Below are positions 1 through 36,592 of a DNA stretch of 64,000 nucleotides, in pieces (the stretch's first letter is position 1; each line of letters starts with the position of its first letter). Origin of the DNA: the human T2T-CHM13v2.0 reference genome, Homo sapiens; assembly GCF_009914755.1 (NCBI RefSeq), contig NC_060931.1; one strand, written 5' to 3'. The notes under the pieces were generated by a model that saw only the letters and a list, made by a program, of their open reading frames with translations, had not been told where the DNA came from and did no database searches. A program made the position numbers and the translations under genes.

Positions 1-529
1 AATGAGAAGAGGTAAAGCATGTGTCAACTGTGTTTTGGAAATTGCCTGCAGAGCACTCTTTTGTTTTTCTCTCATTCAGAAGACATACTATAAAGTAAAA
101 TTTCATATAGAGACTATAAAAGGCTTGAAAAGTACCATCAATCAAAGATAATTTCATATTAGCCAGTCAACTCAGCTATAGAAATTTTATTTCTATATTT
201 ACTAAACGTCCTCTCTAAATAAAATAAAGCAATTGACTCAATAGTAAAGAGTAAAATAGTAAATTCATTCTCCTAATTTGATATTTGGGATAAATAAGCA
301 AATGAAGACTAATCTACATTTTTCTGTATTATCTTCAGGGAGGTGGGCCAGTCAAGAGCAGTGGCTTGTAATAGAACTGTGTAAGGGAGTGAATGGGGAC
401 TCTATAGGAGGGCTGGTTTCCGGTCTATGGATGAAGTTAAAATGGTCCTTATAACAATGTTCAAATGATGCTCTGAGACCAGTCAGACTTTGAAGCTGAC
501 CATTGCTGGTTTGTGAAGAATGTAAAAGG

Positions 530-905
<376 letters not shown>

Positions 906-1113
906 TTATGTACACACTCTCCAAGAAAACTGATGGACCAAAATTGGCATCAATCAGAAGCTCAGGAAAAAGTGAATTCTTATAAGCCCAACTGCAGTCA
1001 TTACTGAAAAAAAAAAAAGTCAAAAGTTAGAAAGTGCAAATGCTCAAAGGGCAGGTCATTAAAGGTTTCAACAGTTAGACCATTTAAGTTAATAAAATGG
1101 ACCTCACAAGTAA

Positions 1114-23739
<22,626 letters not shown>

Positions 23740-24099
23740 CTTAATATTTTAAAATGTGATTTAAAAAAAATGTTGAAATGTGATTCCCTCAGATAATTTC
23801 TTGTAACCATTTTACATCCTTAATTGTAAAGTGTATTTAAATTCATTGACAGTTTTATAGGTTATCATGTGTTCTTATGGGAACACCATGATTTATGTCT
23901 TTAAAGACATTTGCATTTTTTAAAGATAGTATTTTGAACTTAGATTTGTATCTTTGTTTGCTACAAGTCATCAAACTCTCCCTATCAAGTGGCTCCTACA
24001 ATATCCACAATCAAGTCTCTATGTTTAAAAAACAGATAACCACTTTCTCAAACCCACATCTGCCAGTTGCTGGCCAGATTCTCCTGTCTTTCACGGTCT

Positions 24100-24634
24100 T
24101 GCTGTGTAAAAGAGCTCCTCCTGCCTGTAAGTTCACAGACTGTGATCTGGCATCTGACCCTCCACTGCTTTTCTCAAGGTCCCTGACAATCTCTTTGTTG
24201 GTAAATTCAGTGAACATTCTTCAGTCCCTCTTCCAATCGATTCCTACAGCATCTAACATTGTTGCCTGTTCCTTGCTTGAAATGATATCTCTTTCCTTGT
24301 TTCTCGCAAAACCTGTTCTCTTGGGTGTCCTCCCACCTCCCTGGACACTCTGTCTCTGGCTTCTTTCTGCCTAGCTCATCTCTAGCCAATCTTACAGTTA
24401 TATATCTTAAGCCCTCTTCTCTTTGTTCTTTAAGTTATATATCCTAAGCCCTCTTTGCTTTGTTCTCTGGGATATTTTATCCACATCCATGGTCTTAATC
24501 ATTTTGCTAGAGACTACAAAATTTCCATCCAAAGCTCAGCTCTTTCTCTCATGTTCTCCTGACCTATGTAGACAATTGGCCTCATGAACATTTGAACACA
24601 AAGACACCTCAAATTCAACATGTCCCCAGATGAA

Positions 24635-24686
<52 letters not shown>

Positions 24687-25780
24687 CTTTCCCGAGCTCA
24701 GTAGTTAGCACAATGCTCAATTCAGTTTCCAAAGAAAAAAGCCTGGACATTAGGTTTGACCATCCCATTTTCCTCACCCAATAAGACAAATCACCAAATC
24801 CTATTAAGTTTATCTCCTGAAGTCATCTTCCACTCAGCAGCCCCCCACCACCCACCCCGCATTTGGCCCTAAGTCTATTATCTTCTTTTTCCTGGGATAA
24901 TACAATGCTGCTTATCTGGCTCCCCTGACTCTGTCTTGCCCTGTCCCAAACACTTTCTACATACAGCATCTCAGAAGAGTCTTTTACAAATATAATAGAG
25001 TTTCACTTCTCTGCTTAAGATCATTCCCATTGCTCTTAAATTCCAAAGTTCTTACTTGAACTTTCATGATCTAACTCCTGCCTTCTTCTTTAGCCTCATC
25101 TCTGGATGTCTACCTTTCCTCCTTTCCCTTGAACCTTCTAGAATTTTATTTTTTAAACACTGATTCCCAGACTTCAAGGTGTCATACACTAATAGGTTTT
25201 ATTGTGTTTATTTTTCAAAAAGAGTCATTAAAAAATACCATCTACTATCACCATCATTTCATAAAAGAGGGGTCATTTTAATGCCAGAAAGTAAGATGGT
25301 CATAAATTCAGTCATTCAAGTTGAATGACTTTTACCTTGAAAAGACCTCACACTGCTCTCATTTCCCCATTGACGAGTGAGAATTTCACTGTGGGCCATC
25401 AAATATCTGAGGACCTTTGTATGGGGAACCTCTGCTGTAGAATAGACCATGCTCTCTTTTAACCTCAGGGTCTTCGCATTTCCTTCTCTCATCTGGAACT
25501 CTCTTTCCGCTTTTTTTGCACCCTTTCACCTGATCAACTCCCACTTACCCTATAGGTCTCAGCTGAGATGTTGCTTCCTCTAGGATGGGAAGCCTCAGCA
25601 CAGAACTTGTCATGCCATATTATAGATGCCTGTGTTCCCTGCTGTCTTCCCACTAGACTATAAGCTCTATGAGGGTAGGTTCTATGTTTGTTTTGTTTTC
25701 CAGTGCTTTCTCAGGGCCAAACACATTCCCTAGAGCATGGAGTTCAATAATTGTTTGTTGAAATATATTGAATAAGTGAC
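24100..25780 (+). mobile_element. L2 fragments in the ASB15 3'UTR
   Basis: gacacctcaaattcaacatgtcc; cactagactataagctctatgagggtagg; caataattgtttgttgaa. Confidence 0.75.
24637..24683 (+). repeat. A47 homopolymer
   Basis: Direct count. Confidence 0.95.
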
Positions 25781-26194
25781 AAAAATAATCAGTGACATCA
25801 TGGTGAAATAATAGTTTTAAATTTCTGAGTGAGTTATGTAATCTTGTAATTATTTAATGCTATTATTCTTAGATTTTAATAGTGTATTTTTCTTATATTT
25901 ATTTTTACCTTGTTACCGTATTCTTTAAACAGTAATATCTCACTGGTCTGTAAAGTTTTCAAGTTGTATTTAGCTTTAGTTACCTTTGAAAGATAAATAA
26001 GTATGAAAAAAATCGTACAATTAGGGCTATAATTTTAACTTCTTGTATTCCCTAGAGGATATATTTTATATGTAAGTTAAACTGTAATGTATTTATATTT
26101 AATTGCAACATCTTGTATACAAGATTTTATTATTCTTGTGTTGCACTCTTAGACGTGGTTAAATGTATTGTTACCTAAAAATATTACTCTAATG

Positions 26195-26200
26195 AATAAA
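26195..26200 (+). terminator. Probable ASB15 distal polyadenylation signal (3'UTR about 23740-26220)
   Basis: AATAAA preceded by several TGTA (CFIm) elements in an AU-rich non-repeat block, with a T/GT-rich downstream region. Confidence 0.6.
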
Positions 26201-27231
26201 AAATCATATTGAGGTTATAAGTCTGCTTTATGATACTTCATATATTAAACTTTTGCTCACTAAAGCTGTGACATTTTCTTTGATATATATTTGTGTAGAT
26301 AATATTCAAGAAATACTTGGATATAAAGATATGAATTAACTGCACATGGTATGGGTTTTTTAAAGTGGCTTTTTGGCATTTATGAAGCAAGAGAAAAATG
26401 TGTCTTATGAAAAAGAAGCAATTGCTGTATCTAAATCAGATTTGATCTTTTGCTCACCATATTTTGGGTTTTTCTAGCAGTGTGTTTGTTTTTGAGATGG
26501 CTGGATGGAAAAAGGAATTAATTTCCATCTTATTAGGACTCTGTTTCTTCTAGAGTATGTCACTTTATCCGGGAAAGGGTAACAGCTGCTCCTCCCTAGT
26601 CAGCATTAGGAGAAGCCAAACATTCTACAGTGGAGCCTGTCTAACCACTGTGGAATCAACATGGCAGAGTTTGGATGCCATCTTCCCCCATGCTGCCAAG
26701 ATGTCTGTGGCTGTTTTAGTCCCTGTGGATTTTGTTTTGTATCACACAGAGTGTCCGGGTGGAAAAAAGCAGATCTGAACTCTCATTAAGCATGTCTTAT
26801 CTTTCCATAGGCCATCATTAAATAGGATCTCCATTTCTGGCTAAAGATAATTTTAAGAAGGACACTGAAACCAAGTGCCTCCTGAAGAATATGGTTTAAT
26901 CATTTTAATTAGTCATAGAACATGTTTTCTGTTAATAGGATGTCAATGCAGAAGATGTGAAAACGATTGTATCAATGTGCAGCAAATATTCATAGGTAAC
27001 ACCACCTTTAATGCAGGCTTTTGAACAACCAGAACCTATGGGTCAGACAGTATGGAAACTCTAACAAGATGGAGTATCTTATGACACAGAGAACATACGT
27101 AAGCCTTTCTCTTGTCACTGACCTTTTACCAGAAATTCCTATGCAAATTTTGGTTTCAAGTTTCATACTCTTATGTATATAGCCACCTTCCAATCAGAAA
27201 TTACTTAGGAATATAAAAATTATAAGCTGCT

Positions 27232-27675
27232 TCAGCAACATGAATGTAGCTGGAGGTCATAATCCTGCAAGGATTGATGCAGGAACAGAAACCAAGTACA
27301 TATTCTCACCTGTAAGTGGGAGCTAAACATTGAGTACACATGGACATAAAGATGGGAACAATAGATATTGTGGACTACTAGATGGAGAAGAGGGGAGGAG
27401 AGGAGAGGAGAGGAGGGGGAGGGGGGAGAGGAGGGGGAGGGGGAGGAGGAGGGGGAGGGGAGGGGGAGGAGGGGGAGGGGGAGGGGGAGGAGAAGGGGAA
27501 GGGGGAAGGGGGAAGGCAAAAGGGGGCAGGGGTTGAAAAACTACCTAATGGGTACTATGCTCACTACTTGAGTAAAGGGATCCATACCCCAAACCTCAGC
27601 ATCATGCAATATACCCATGTAACAAACCTTCACATGCACCCCTGTATCTAAAATAAATGTTGAAATTATTTTTTA
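27232..27675 (+). mobile_element. L1 (L1PA/PB) 3' end with expanded G-rich tract
   Basis: gtgggagctaaacattgagtacacatggacataaag; ccaaacctcagcatcatgcaatatacccatgtaacaaacct. Confidence 0.9.
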
Positions 27676-27867
27676 AAAATGCAGGCTGCTTCAAGTTTTT
27701 ATGAAACAAAATGCACATTATACACATATATACACACAAGTACATGACACATACATATGTAATACACACATAGACATACACACATGCATTGAAGTATGGC
27801 ATGTTATTGCAGTACTGTAGGTAATGCAGTGGGCAAGGACACATATTTTGTACTTAAATAGATATCC

Positions 27868-28260
27868 TGTTAAGTGGAATAAGCCAGACACAGAAAGACA
27901 AATATCTCACTTATATGTAGAATCTAAAAAAAGCAAACTCACGGGAGCAGAAAGTAAAATGGTGGTCACCAGCAGCCGGGAGGTGAGGGGATTCAGGAAA
28001 TGTTGGTCAAAGGATACACAATTTCAGAAGAAATAAGTTCAAGAAATTTATTGTACGACATGGTGACAATAGTTAAAATAGTGCATTGTATACTTGAGAA
28101 CCTCGAAGAGAGTAGATTTTGTGTTTTCATCACCAAAAAAAGTATATGAAGTAATGAATATGTTGATTTGCTCAATGTAGCCATTTTACAATATATACAT
28201 ACTTCAAAGCATCATGTTGTATGCCATAAATATATACAATTATTGTCAACTTAAAAAATA
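27868..28260 (+). mobile_element. L1MA-type 3' end
   Basis: aagtggaataagccagacacagaaagacaaatatc...aaatatatacaatt. Confidence 0.85.
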
Positions 28261-30129
28261 CAAAAAGATACCAAAAAAGATATCAATTACCTTTACAGTG
28301 TCTTAAGTTTATGCAGATAAATAGTATCATTAAAATATAAAAATAAAAACAGACTAAGAGCCATTTTGAGCCAGGCTCTGCAAATTATTAGCTGCTTTGT
28401 TTTGGACAAGACATGAACTAAGTGTCTAAACTACTATATCCAATATAGAGTAAGTGCACATGAAACCTGAGCTCTCATCATTATTACTACATAGTGGAAG
28501 TGCCAACGTCAGAGCTGCAAAAGTCAAGAACCTTGGTCGTATGGTACATGACTGTAGATTGTCATTACATCTGAAAATACAAAAAAAAAAAAAAAATCTT
28601 AGGAATGCATATGGCATCTCACTGTCATTTCTAAATACTTTGACAACATTCACAGAATAAAAACTTGCAGAGAATTGTCTCTAGGCAATAAACCCCGACA
28701 TATTCTTTTCCTTAGTAAAGCCTTAATTATCAATTGTTGACAAGGGAAGAAAGGGTTTCTCAAGGGAGAAGATGAGTAGAAGGAATAGACTTATTTGACC
28801 TCAGTGCCCCGTGTTGTGTAACCTCAGGGAGTGCTGGAGATGTCGGGGGATTTGCTGTTTTGGGAAAGAGACAGTCGTAATTTGAATCTGGGCACTGGGA
28901 GCGCCTGAATTCTAATGCTGGATTAGCCAATGATTCTATCACAAGCACTTGACAGGCACTCACATTCTGTGCTTCAGACTCTGGGAAACTGGTAACAGCC
29001 ATTGCTGTTGCTCTGGAAATCTTCCATTCTGGAATCTCTCAATGAGATTTAAGATAAAACTTCTTGGAAGCATCCTATATGGTTGGATCAGGTAGAAGAT
29101 GTGGAGGGCACTAAATGTGATACTTACCTTGGGGATTGAGTATGTGTGAGACACAGTAGCCAGTTCTTTCTGTTTGAAGCAAAGTCCACACTGTTTTCCC
29201 GTGGAAGCTATTTTCTAGGTTTTGTGGAAGTTAAATATCCAGGCATGACATGCAGTGGTCAACAATTGCATGTTCTGTGCAATTGCTATGTTCCTGAGTG
29301 TCTGAATACTCGTAAATATATGGTTACCCACATTGGTTTAATATCATTTCAATGAAGCAACAGTTTTAATCACCTTTGACTGGAGGCTGCCAACATTTGC
29401 TTAGGCTTTCCTTTGACTCACTGGAACCTCTCAACCTGCATTTGACTCTGCACCCAGTCCCCTCATTGGGGGCCTGCCCTTCATAATCACCTGAAGTACA
29501 CAAGAAGCTAAATTGAGTCTGTCGGTTGGAGGGTGCTCTAATTAAATGAGAACTTCAACCATAGTGATTTGCATACTTCCTACAATGATTCTAGAGTATC
29601 TGAAGACCCTCTCTTCAACAGAAAACCTTATCTGACAATCAAAACTAAGGTTTAAAATACAAGTACATTTAAGAGAGGTAGAATGATATCTGAACATTTT
29701 TTTTAAATAATGGACTTTGATAAGGGAAAAGGGATGAGAACCCCAAGTCCACAGAAGAAAAGTATAGGTATTTTCTATAGCCAAAGGCTTCATAATTTGT
29801 TCTACGAATATGGAAAATATCTTGAGGACCATCTAGACCATTTGAATACATCTGGAAAGACTACTCCAATAATGTCTCTCATTTATCCTGGGTTTTACGG
29901 TTCATAAAGAATTTCACATACATCACCTCACTTGATTCTTACAGCTATTCTAGGAACAGGAGAAGGAAGGGGCTAATTATCTCCACTCTATAGAAAAGAA
30001 AATAAATCTTCTAGTTAACTAAAGTAGTAAATGTCAGAGCTAGGACTTGACTCCAAATCCCCAGGACCTGACTCCAAATCCCAAGCTCCTTCCATATCAT
30101 CATTTTTAGCTCAACAAGAATAGGAAGGG

Positions 30130-30612
30130 ATCATTCACAATAGCCAAAAATCAGAAACAATTCAAATGTCCATCAATTGGTGAATGGATGAACACAATGT
30201 GGTGTATCCAGACAATGGGATCCTGTTTGTTAACATGCTACAACATGTGTGAACCTCAAACACATTAGGTTAAGTGAACCTCAAACACATTAGGTTAAGT
30301 GAAAGATGCCAAACACAAAAGATCACAAATTGTATAATTCCATTTATATAGAATATCCAGACAAAGTGAACATTGAGAGACTGAAAACAGATTAGAGGTT
30401 GCTTGGGGCTAGAGCATAGGGACAAAGGTTGACTACAAATGGGCACAAGGGATCTTTTTGAGATCATGGAAATGTTCTAAAATTGGTTTGTGGTGATAGT
30501 TGCACAACTCAGTAAATTTACTAGAAGAAAAAAAATCATTGAACGTTACACTTAAGGTAGGTGAGTTATATGATATGTAAATTTCACCTCAATATGTCTC
30601 CTTAAAAAAAAA
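30130..30612 (+). mobile_element. Old L1M 3' fragment
   Basis: cattcacaatagccaaaaa...caaatgtccatcaattggtgaatggat; ggaaatgttctaaaattgg. Confidence 0.8.
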
Positions 30613-33104
30613 TAATGACAGGAGGAGCATGTGTCTTACTGGCAGAGAATGCCATGTTTACAACCTCACAGAGAGGCCCAGCACAACAATGGAATCATCT
30701 GGCTCGGAGGAAAGCACTTGGTTTTTGTGCTGGCAGCACATGATTTATTGGTTTTGCCCTGCTGATAAGGCCATTAAAAGCAGATGATGACACATTCTTC
30801 AAGGGCAACACAAAGCCTGCTGCCTTCACCAGTCTTACTGGACCTCAACCCGAACACATGTAGCTTGTTCTGCCAGCCTCTGACATTTTCATTTTGTTTG
30901 TAATATAACTTTTCCACCTTTTAAAAATATGTATTTTAGAAAACAAATGCAATAAAACATGTAGATTGGAGAGCTAAAAGTGAAAGTTTCCAGTCCTGTT
31001 AAGGGCAGGAATTGGCAAGGGATCATGTTACCAGTGGGATGGGTCTTTTGTAACTTCTCTGAAAACCAGCTCTGATTCACTGAGGATGCCTTAGAAAGGA
31101 GAACAAAGAGAAACTGGGGACTCCCGGCCGGGGGGAATCAGAGAAGGCAAATATTCAACAAGCCCTAGATCTCAAGAACACAGGGCGCTGTGGAAGTAAA
31201 GGTCAGTTAGGAGCTGTGAGTCTGTGTGAAAAGAGAGTGCCTTTGATATTCGTGATAAAATTTCAAAAAAAAAATCTCAGTAACCAGATACCAGCTTTCA
31301 AGCACTAACTGTCCCATTGTCGGGCCACACTGAGTCCTCATATTCCTGTACTTTGAAACTGACTTTACCTCTCTGACCTCATTCACAGCAAGATCTCAAC
31401 TTTTCTGCCCTTTAATGTGGCATTTACCTGCAGGACCTGGAGTCTTCTAAAGTGACAGTTGTCATGACCCTGAGGAGGGAACCATACCAAGGAGATCGCT
31501 GTCTTGGGTGCTCACCTTCCACATCATTCTTCTTAATACTACAGCGAACAACTCTGTCCAAACTTGTCAGACCAACACTCGGGGTTTCAGGACAGGTAAT
31601 TGCTGAAATGAATGGAAGACCTTCTACTCCACCTCTAGGAAAATTTCCTTTATGAAAATTTTAGGTGAGCTTTATTAGAACCTTCTAGTCCACCTCAAGT
31701 AAAATTTCTTTTTATTAGAACTTAAATCTGTTTCCTGTTTCATAAGTGGAATTCCATATTCACCATCTGCTGTGTAAGATGAAAGACTTGGTTGATAAAT
31801 TCAGCTATTTCTCATTTTTTTTTCTGAAAATCTTTTTCTTTGGTCTTTACAGTTTTAACATTATCAGTTTATCTTTCTATTTGCTTGTGTGGGACTCATT
31901 ATTACATGTTTGAATCAGATTAACAAACAATAAGTAGACCTACTATACACAGGTGAAGCATTAGATGCTCTATTACTAATCTTTGTCTTTCATCCCATCC
32001 TTCTTTCATTTTGATACATTTTGAAATGCCTAACTAGTAGATCTCAACGTGAGAAGCAGTTTGGACTCATTAGAACATAATTATACCCATCACTTACTAG
32101 CTGGGCATACTTACAGGGATTTTTTAACCTCCCAGAACCTCAGAACCCACTTTTATCCTTTGTAAAATGGAACTAATTCAGTAGTATTTACTTCAGCAAG
32201 TGTTGTCTCAAACAAGTTAAGTGTTAATATACGTAATTATTAAATGGAGATCACATTAGCATGTCGTACTGCCTGGCACATTGACTTTAGATAAAAGTAT
32301 TTTATAAACTATAAATATTATACAATTGCAAGATATTATAAATAGCTCCAATAATTTTAAATTTGACTCATGCTCACTACCACAAGCTGGCACAGCTGGG
32401 AGATTTGCTTGGCTGCCAAACCTAAGAGTGAAGACTTGATAAGGGTATTGCCAGTTCTCATCTGATCCCTTTGGCCTGTTTGGTTGTTGTCTGTACAGAG
32501 CCTGACCTCTGCCTGACATTCTCCCCTGGGAGCCTCTTTCCAGCTATCTGAGAAGCTCCCAGCAAACTGACTGAGCAATGTCGGAAGCTTAACTTCCTTA
32601 GGAGCCATTACATTAGTTCAGCAGCCTAATTACAAATCATCCGTAGGAAATGTTGAAAACCCAAACCCTTCCGTGTAACTGGGAAACATGTTAGATCTAT
32701 TTCAGGCAGCAACCTTGCACCTGTACAGTGAGAGAAATTAGATTAAGACTTTTTTTTTAAAAGGCAGGTGCAGAGGGAGGATGAAAATTAGGAATAGCTT
32801 GTTAACAGTAGACTTAACATTTGTGAGAATAAAAGAATTTCCAGTTTCCCAAATTTGCAAATGATAACGTAACATATTGTTGATGAAAAAGCTAAACTCT
32901 GTAAAATATTTAAACAGGTTTATTCTGAGCCAATATGAGTGACCATGGCCCAATGTACAGTCTCAAGAGATCCTGAGAAAGAGTCCCCAAGGCAGTTGGG
33001 TTATAGCACTTGGTTTTATACATTTCAGGGAGATAGGAGTTTTAATTAAAGACATAAATCATACATGGAAGATGTACATTAGTTCAGCCTAAAGAGGCAG
33101 GATA

Positions 33105-33493
<389 letters not shown>

Positions 33494-33703
33494 TCAGTTG
33501 AAAAAGTTAAACTTTGTCTAAAAACGTAGGAAGTCAGTAGAAAGAAATGTTTGAGCTAAGACAAGGAGGTTGTAGAAGCCAAGGCCCTTGTTAAGTAAAC
33601 GAAGTTTCATAGGCGGCAACCCTCAGAGAATATGTGATGCTATACCAGAGTCATGCTGGAATTTGGAATCTTATTGCCACAAGAGAAGTTCTGTCAGTCT
33701 TAC

Positions 33704-34381
33704 TATAACCTCCCAAGAGATTCACCTTGCCCACTGCCTAGAGAGAGCGATTCTTCAAGACAGGGGAATTGCAATAGAGAAAGAGTAATTCACGCAGAGC
33801 CGGCTGCGTGGGAGACTGGAGTTTTATTATTCAAATCAGCCTCCCTGAGCATTTAGGGAGCAGAGTTTTTAAGGACAACTTGGTAGGTGAGGGGAAGCCA
33901 GTGAGCCGGGAGTGCTGACTGGTCACAGGTCAGAGATGAAATCACAGGGAGTCGAAGCTGTCTTCTTGCTCTGAGTCAGTTTCTGCGTGGGGGCCACAAG
34001 ATCAGATGAACCAGTTTATCAATCTGGGAGATGCTATCAAGTGCAGAGTCTGCAAAATATCTCAAGCACTGATCTTAGGAGCAGTTTAGGGAGGGTCAGA
34101 ATCTTGTAGCCTCCAGCTGCATGACTCGTAAACCATGATTCCTAATCTGTGGTTAATATTAGTCCTACAAAGGCAATCTACTCTCCTGGAAAGAAGCAAG
34201 TCTACTTTGGGAAAGGGCTGTTATCATCTTTGTTTTAAGCTATAAACTAAGTTTCTCCCAAAATTAGTTCATGCTACACCCAAGAATGAACAAGGACAGC
34301 TTGGAGGTTAGAAGAAAGATGGAGTCAGTTAAGTTAGATCTCTTTCACTGCCTCAATCATAATTTTGCAAAGGCGGTTTCA
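33704..34381 (-). mobile_element. LTR8 solo LTR (ERV1)
   Basis: Minus strand begins TGAAACCGCCTTTGCAAAATTATGA; 4-bp TSD ttac/ttat. Confidence 0.88.
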
Positions 34382-35092
34382 TTATGATCTCTGATGTTAA
34401 TGCTGGCCAGTTGTGCCTAAACTCCAAAACGGAGAGGGTTTAATGAGGTGTGTCTGACCACCTTCCCATCGTGGCCAAAATTCAGTTTTTCAGGTTTCTC
34501 TGAGGTCCCCTTGGCCCAAAGCGCTGTCTGTTCAATAGAATGGAGCGGGGGGGAGGTGCTTAGGATCTTATTTTTGGTTTACAACATGATTTCAATGTTT
34601 CCTCACCAGCAAACTGAGGACAACTTAAATAAGAAAGGCATCCATGAAAGGGACAAAAATGCCACTACGAGATATGAGCACTTAGTGGCCAGTTGGGCTC
34701 ACTCATTAGATTGGGGGACATACTCAAAGGCAGACTGACCATGAAGAGTGAGTTTCAGGTCCTTGTGAGTGCTGGGGTTTCCAGGATTAGTAGAGAGCTC
34801 TTGGTGGGGAGAAAAGCCAGGTTACAATGAAGTGGCATTACTCTGAAAGCATTTCTAATAAACTCCTTAAAGGCATCAAAGAAGAAAGAAGTCTAAATCA
34901 CCTAAGACCCAGTACTTTATCATGATTTCTATTATTGTTTTAAATACATTTTCACTTTTATAACTAATTTTGTATTTATAATTTTATATTATTAAAGAGG
35001 TTCCCAACATTGTATAATTCTTGGGCTCTATAACACTGGATTTACCCTTGCCTACTCTCCAACTCATTTGTTTTGTATTGTTTGTTTTGCTT

Positions 35093-35124
<32 letters not shown>

Positions 35125-35159
35125 TGTATGTTTAATTACTTCCTGAACTCTTAATAATT

Positions 35160-35895
35160 ATGCTAGCCCCTGAGGAGGGCAAATGGGGCAGACATGGTTT
35201 CTTCCTCAGAGAAAAGGCCTTTCCAGCGAAGACCTATTTGAAACAGGTAATCCCAACTGGGATATTGCCATGAATGTCTTGTGGGGGCTGGGAAAACTAA
35301 GCTGGCTTCAGACATCAGGAAAGACCTTCCTGAGGAAGTGTTACTTAAGACCTGAGTAAAGTAGAAGAGGCAAAGGCTTTCCAGGCAAAGAAAGGAGCAG
35401 TGCAATGGCTTGGGGATGAAGGGTGTGTGGACAATTCAGCCCAAAGTGGCTCAAGTGTGAGAGTCGGAAGAAGTGGCCCAAGTTGAAGCTGGAGAGGTGA
35501 GTAGGGCTTGATGCTGGAAGAGCCAGAGCCTGCAGTTGAAGGTTCTGCCTGAAGGACAATGGAAACCATTTGGGGGTTTTAGCCAGGGAATTAGTTGATA
35601 AGATTTGTGTTTTAAAAGGTTAACTCTGGCTGCATTATGGTAAAGGGGAAAGAATCATGCAGCAATGTACCAGGGAGACTGCTAGTCCATCATGACCATC
35701 ATCCAAGAAAATGAGGACAGCAGCTTAGATTCAAGCAGGGGGAACAGCAAGAAATGAAGTAAGATTCAAGAGCTGTTTAAAATATAAGAGCTCAGGCCTT
35801 CCAAAGGAATATAATGATGTTGGTGAAGGCAGGAGACAAAGGTAGAACATAGACTGCAGCACATGGTGGATGAGGATACTGTTTTCAGAAATGTG
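35160..35895 (-). mobile_element. L2 fragment
   Basis: caggaaagaccttcctgaggaagtg; agatttgtgttttaaaaggttaactctggctgc. Confidence 0.7.
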
Positions 35896-35899
35896 GAAG

Positions 35900-36020
35900 C
35901 TGATTACCTGAGCGACAAAATTATCCATACACCAAACCCCTGCAACATGCAATTTACCCATGCAGCAAACCTGAATATGTACCCCTTGAACCTAAAATAA
36001 AAGTTGGAAAGAAAAAAAAA
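35900..36020 (+). mobile_element. Very short L1PA 3' end
   Basis: accaaacccctgcaacatgcaatttacccatg...cctaaaataaaagtt plus A-tail. Confidence 0.8.
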
Positions 36021-36162
36021 GTGACAACAGAAATGAAATAAGGAAAAAAGAAAAGAAACATAGAAGGCTGGAAGAGTGGGTGAGGAAAGTATAAAGGGAA
36101 ATTAAAACACTGGTTTGGGGCAGGTTGAGTTTTAGCTACCAGTGATATACTCAGATGGAGAT

Positions 36163-36240
36163 TCCCTCCCTCCTTCCCTCCCTCCCTTCGTTCCTTCCTT
36201 CCTTCCTTCCTTCCTTCCTTCCTTCCTTCCTTCCTTCCTC
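36163..36240. repeat. (TTCC)n/(TCCC)n microsatellite
   Basis: Direct reading. Confidence 0.95.
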
Positions 36241-36291
36241 CTATCACTGAAATACACATATTAAATCTGTGAGTGATAAAATCCTATAGTA

Positions 36292-36592
<301 letters not shown>

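Noticed and set aside
23895-24374. 159-aa ORF after the ASB15 stop
   Set aside because: Lies in the 3'UTR, is largely L2-derived pyrimidine-rich sequence, and shows no protein features.
27232-27651. Gly/Arg/Glu/Pro-rich ORFs
   Set aside because: Translations of the low-complexity G/A tract in an L1 3'UTR.
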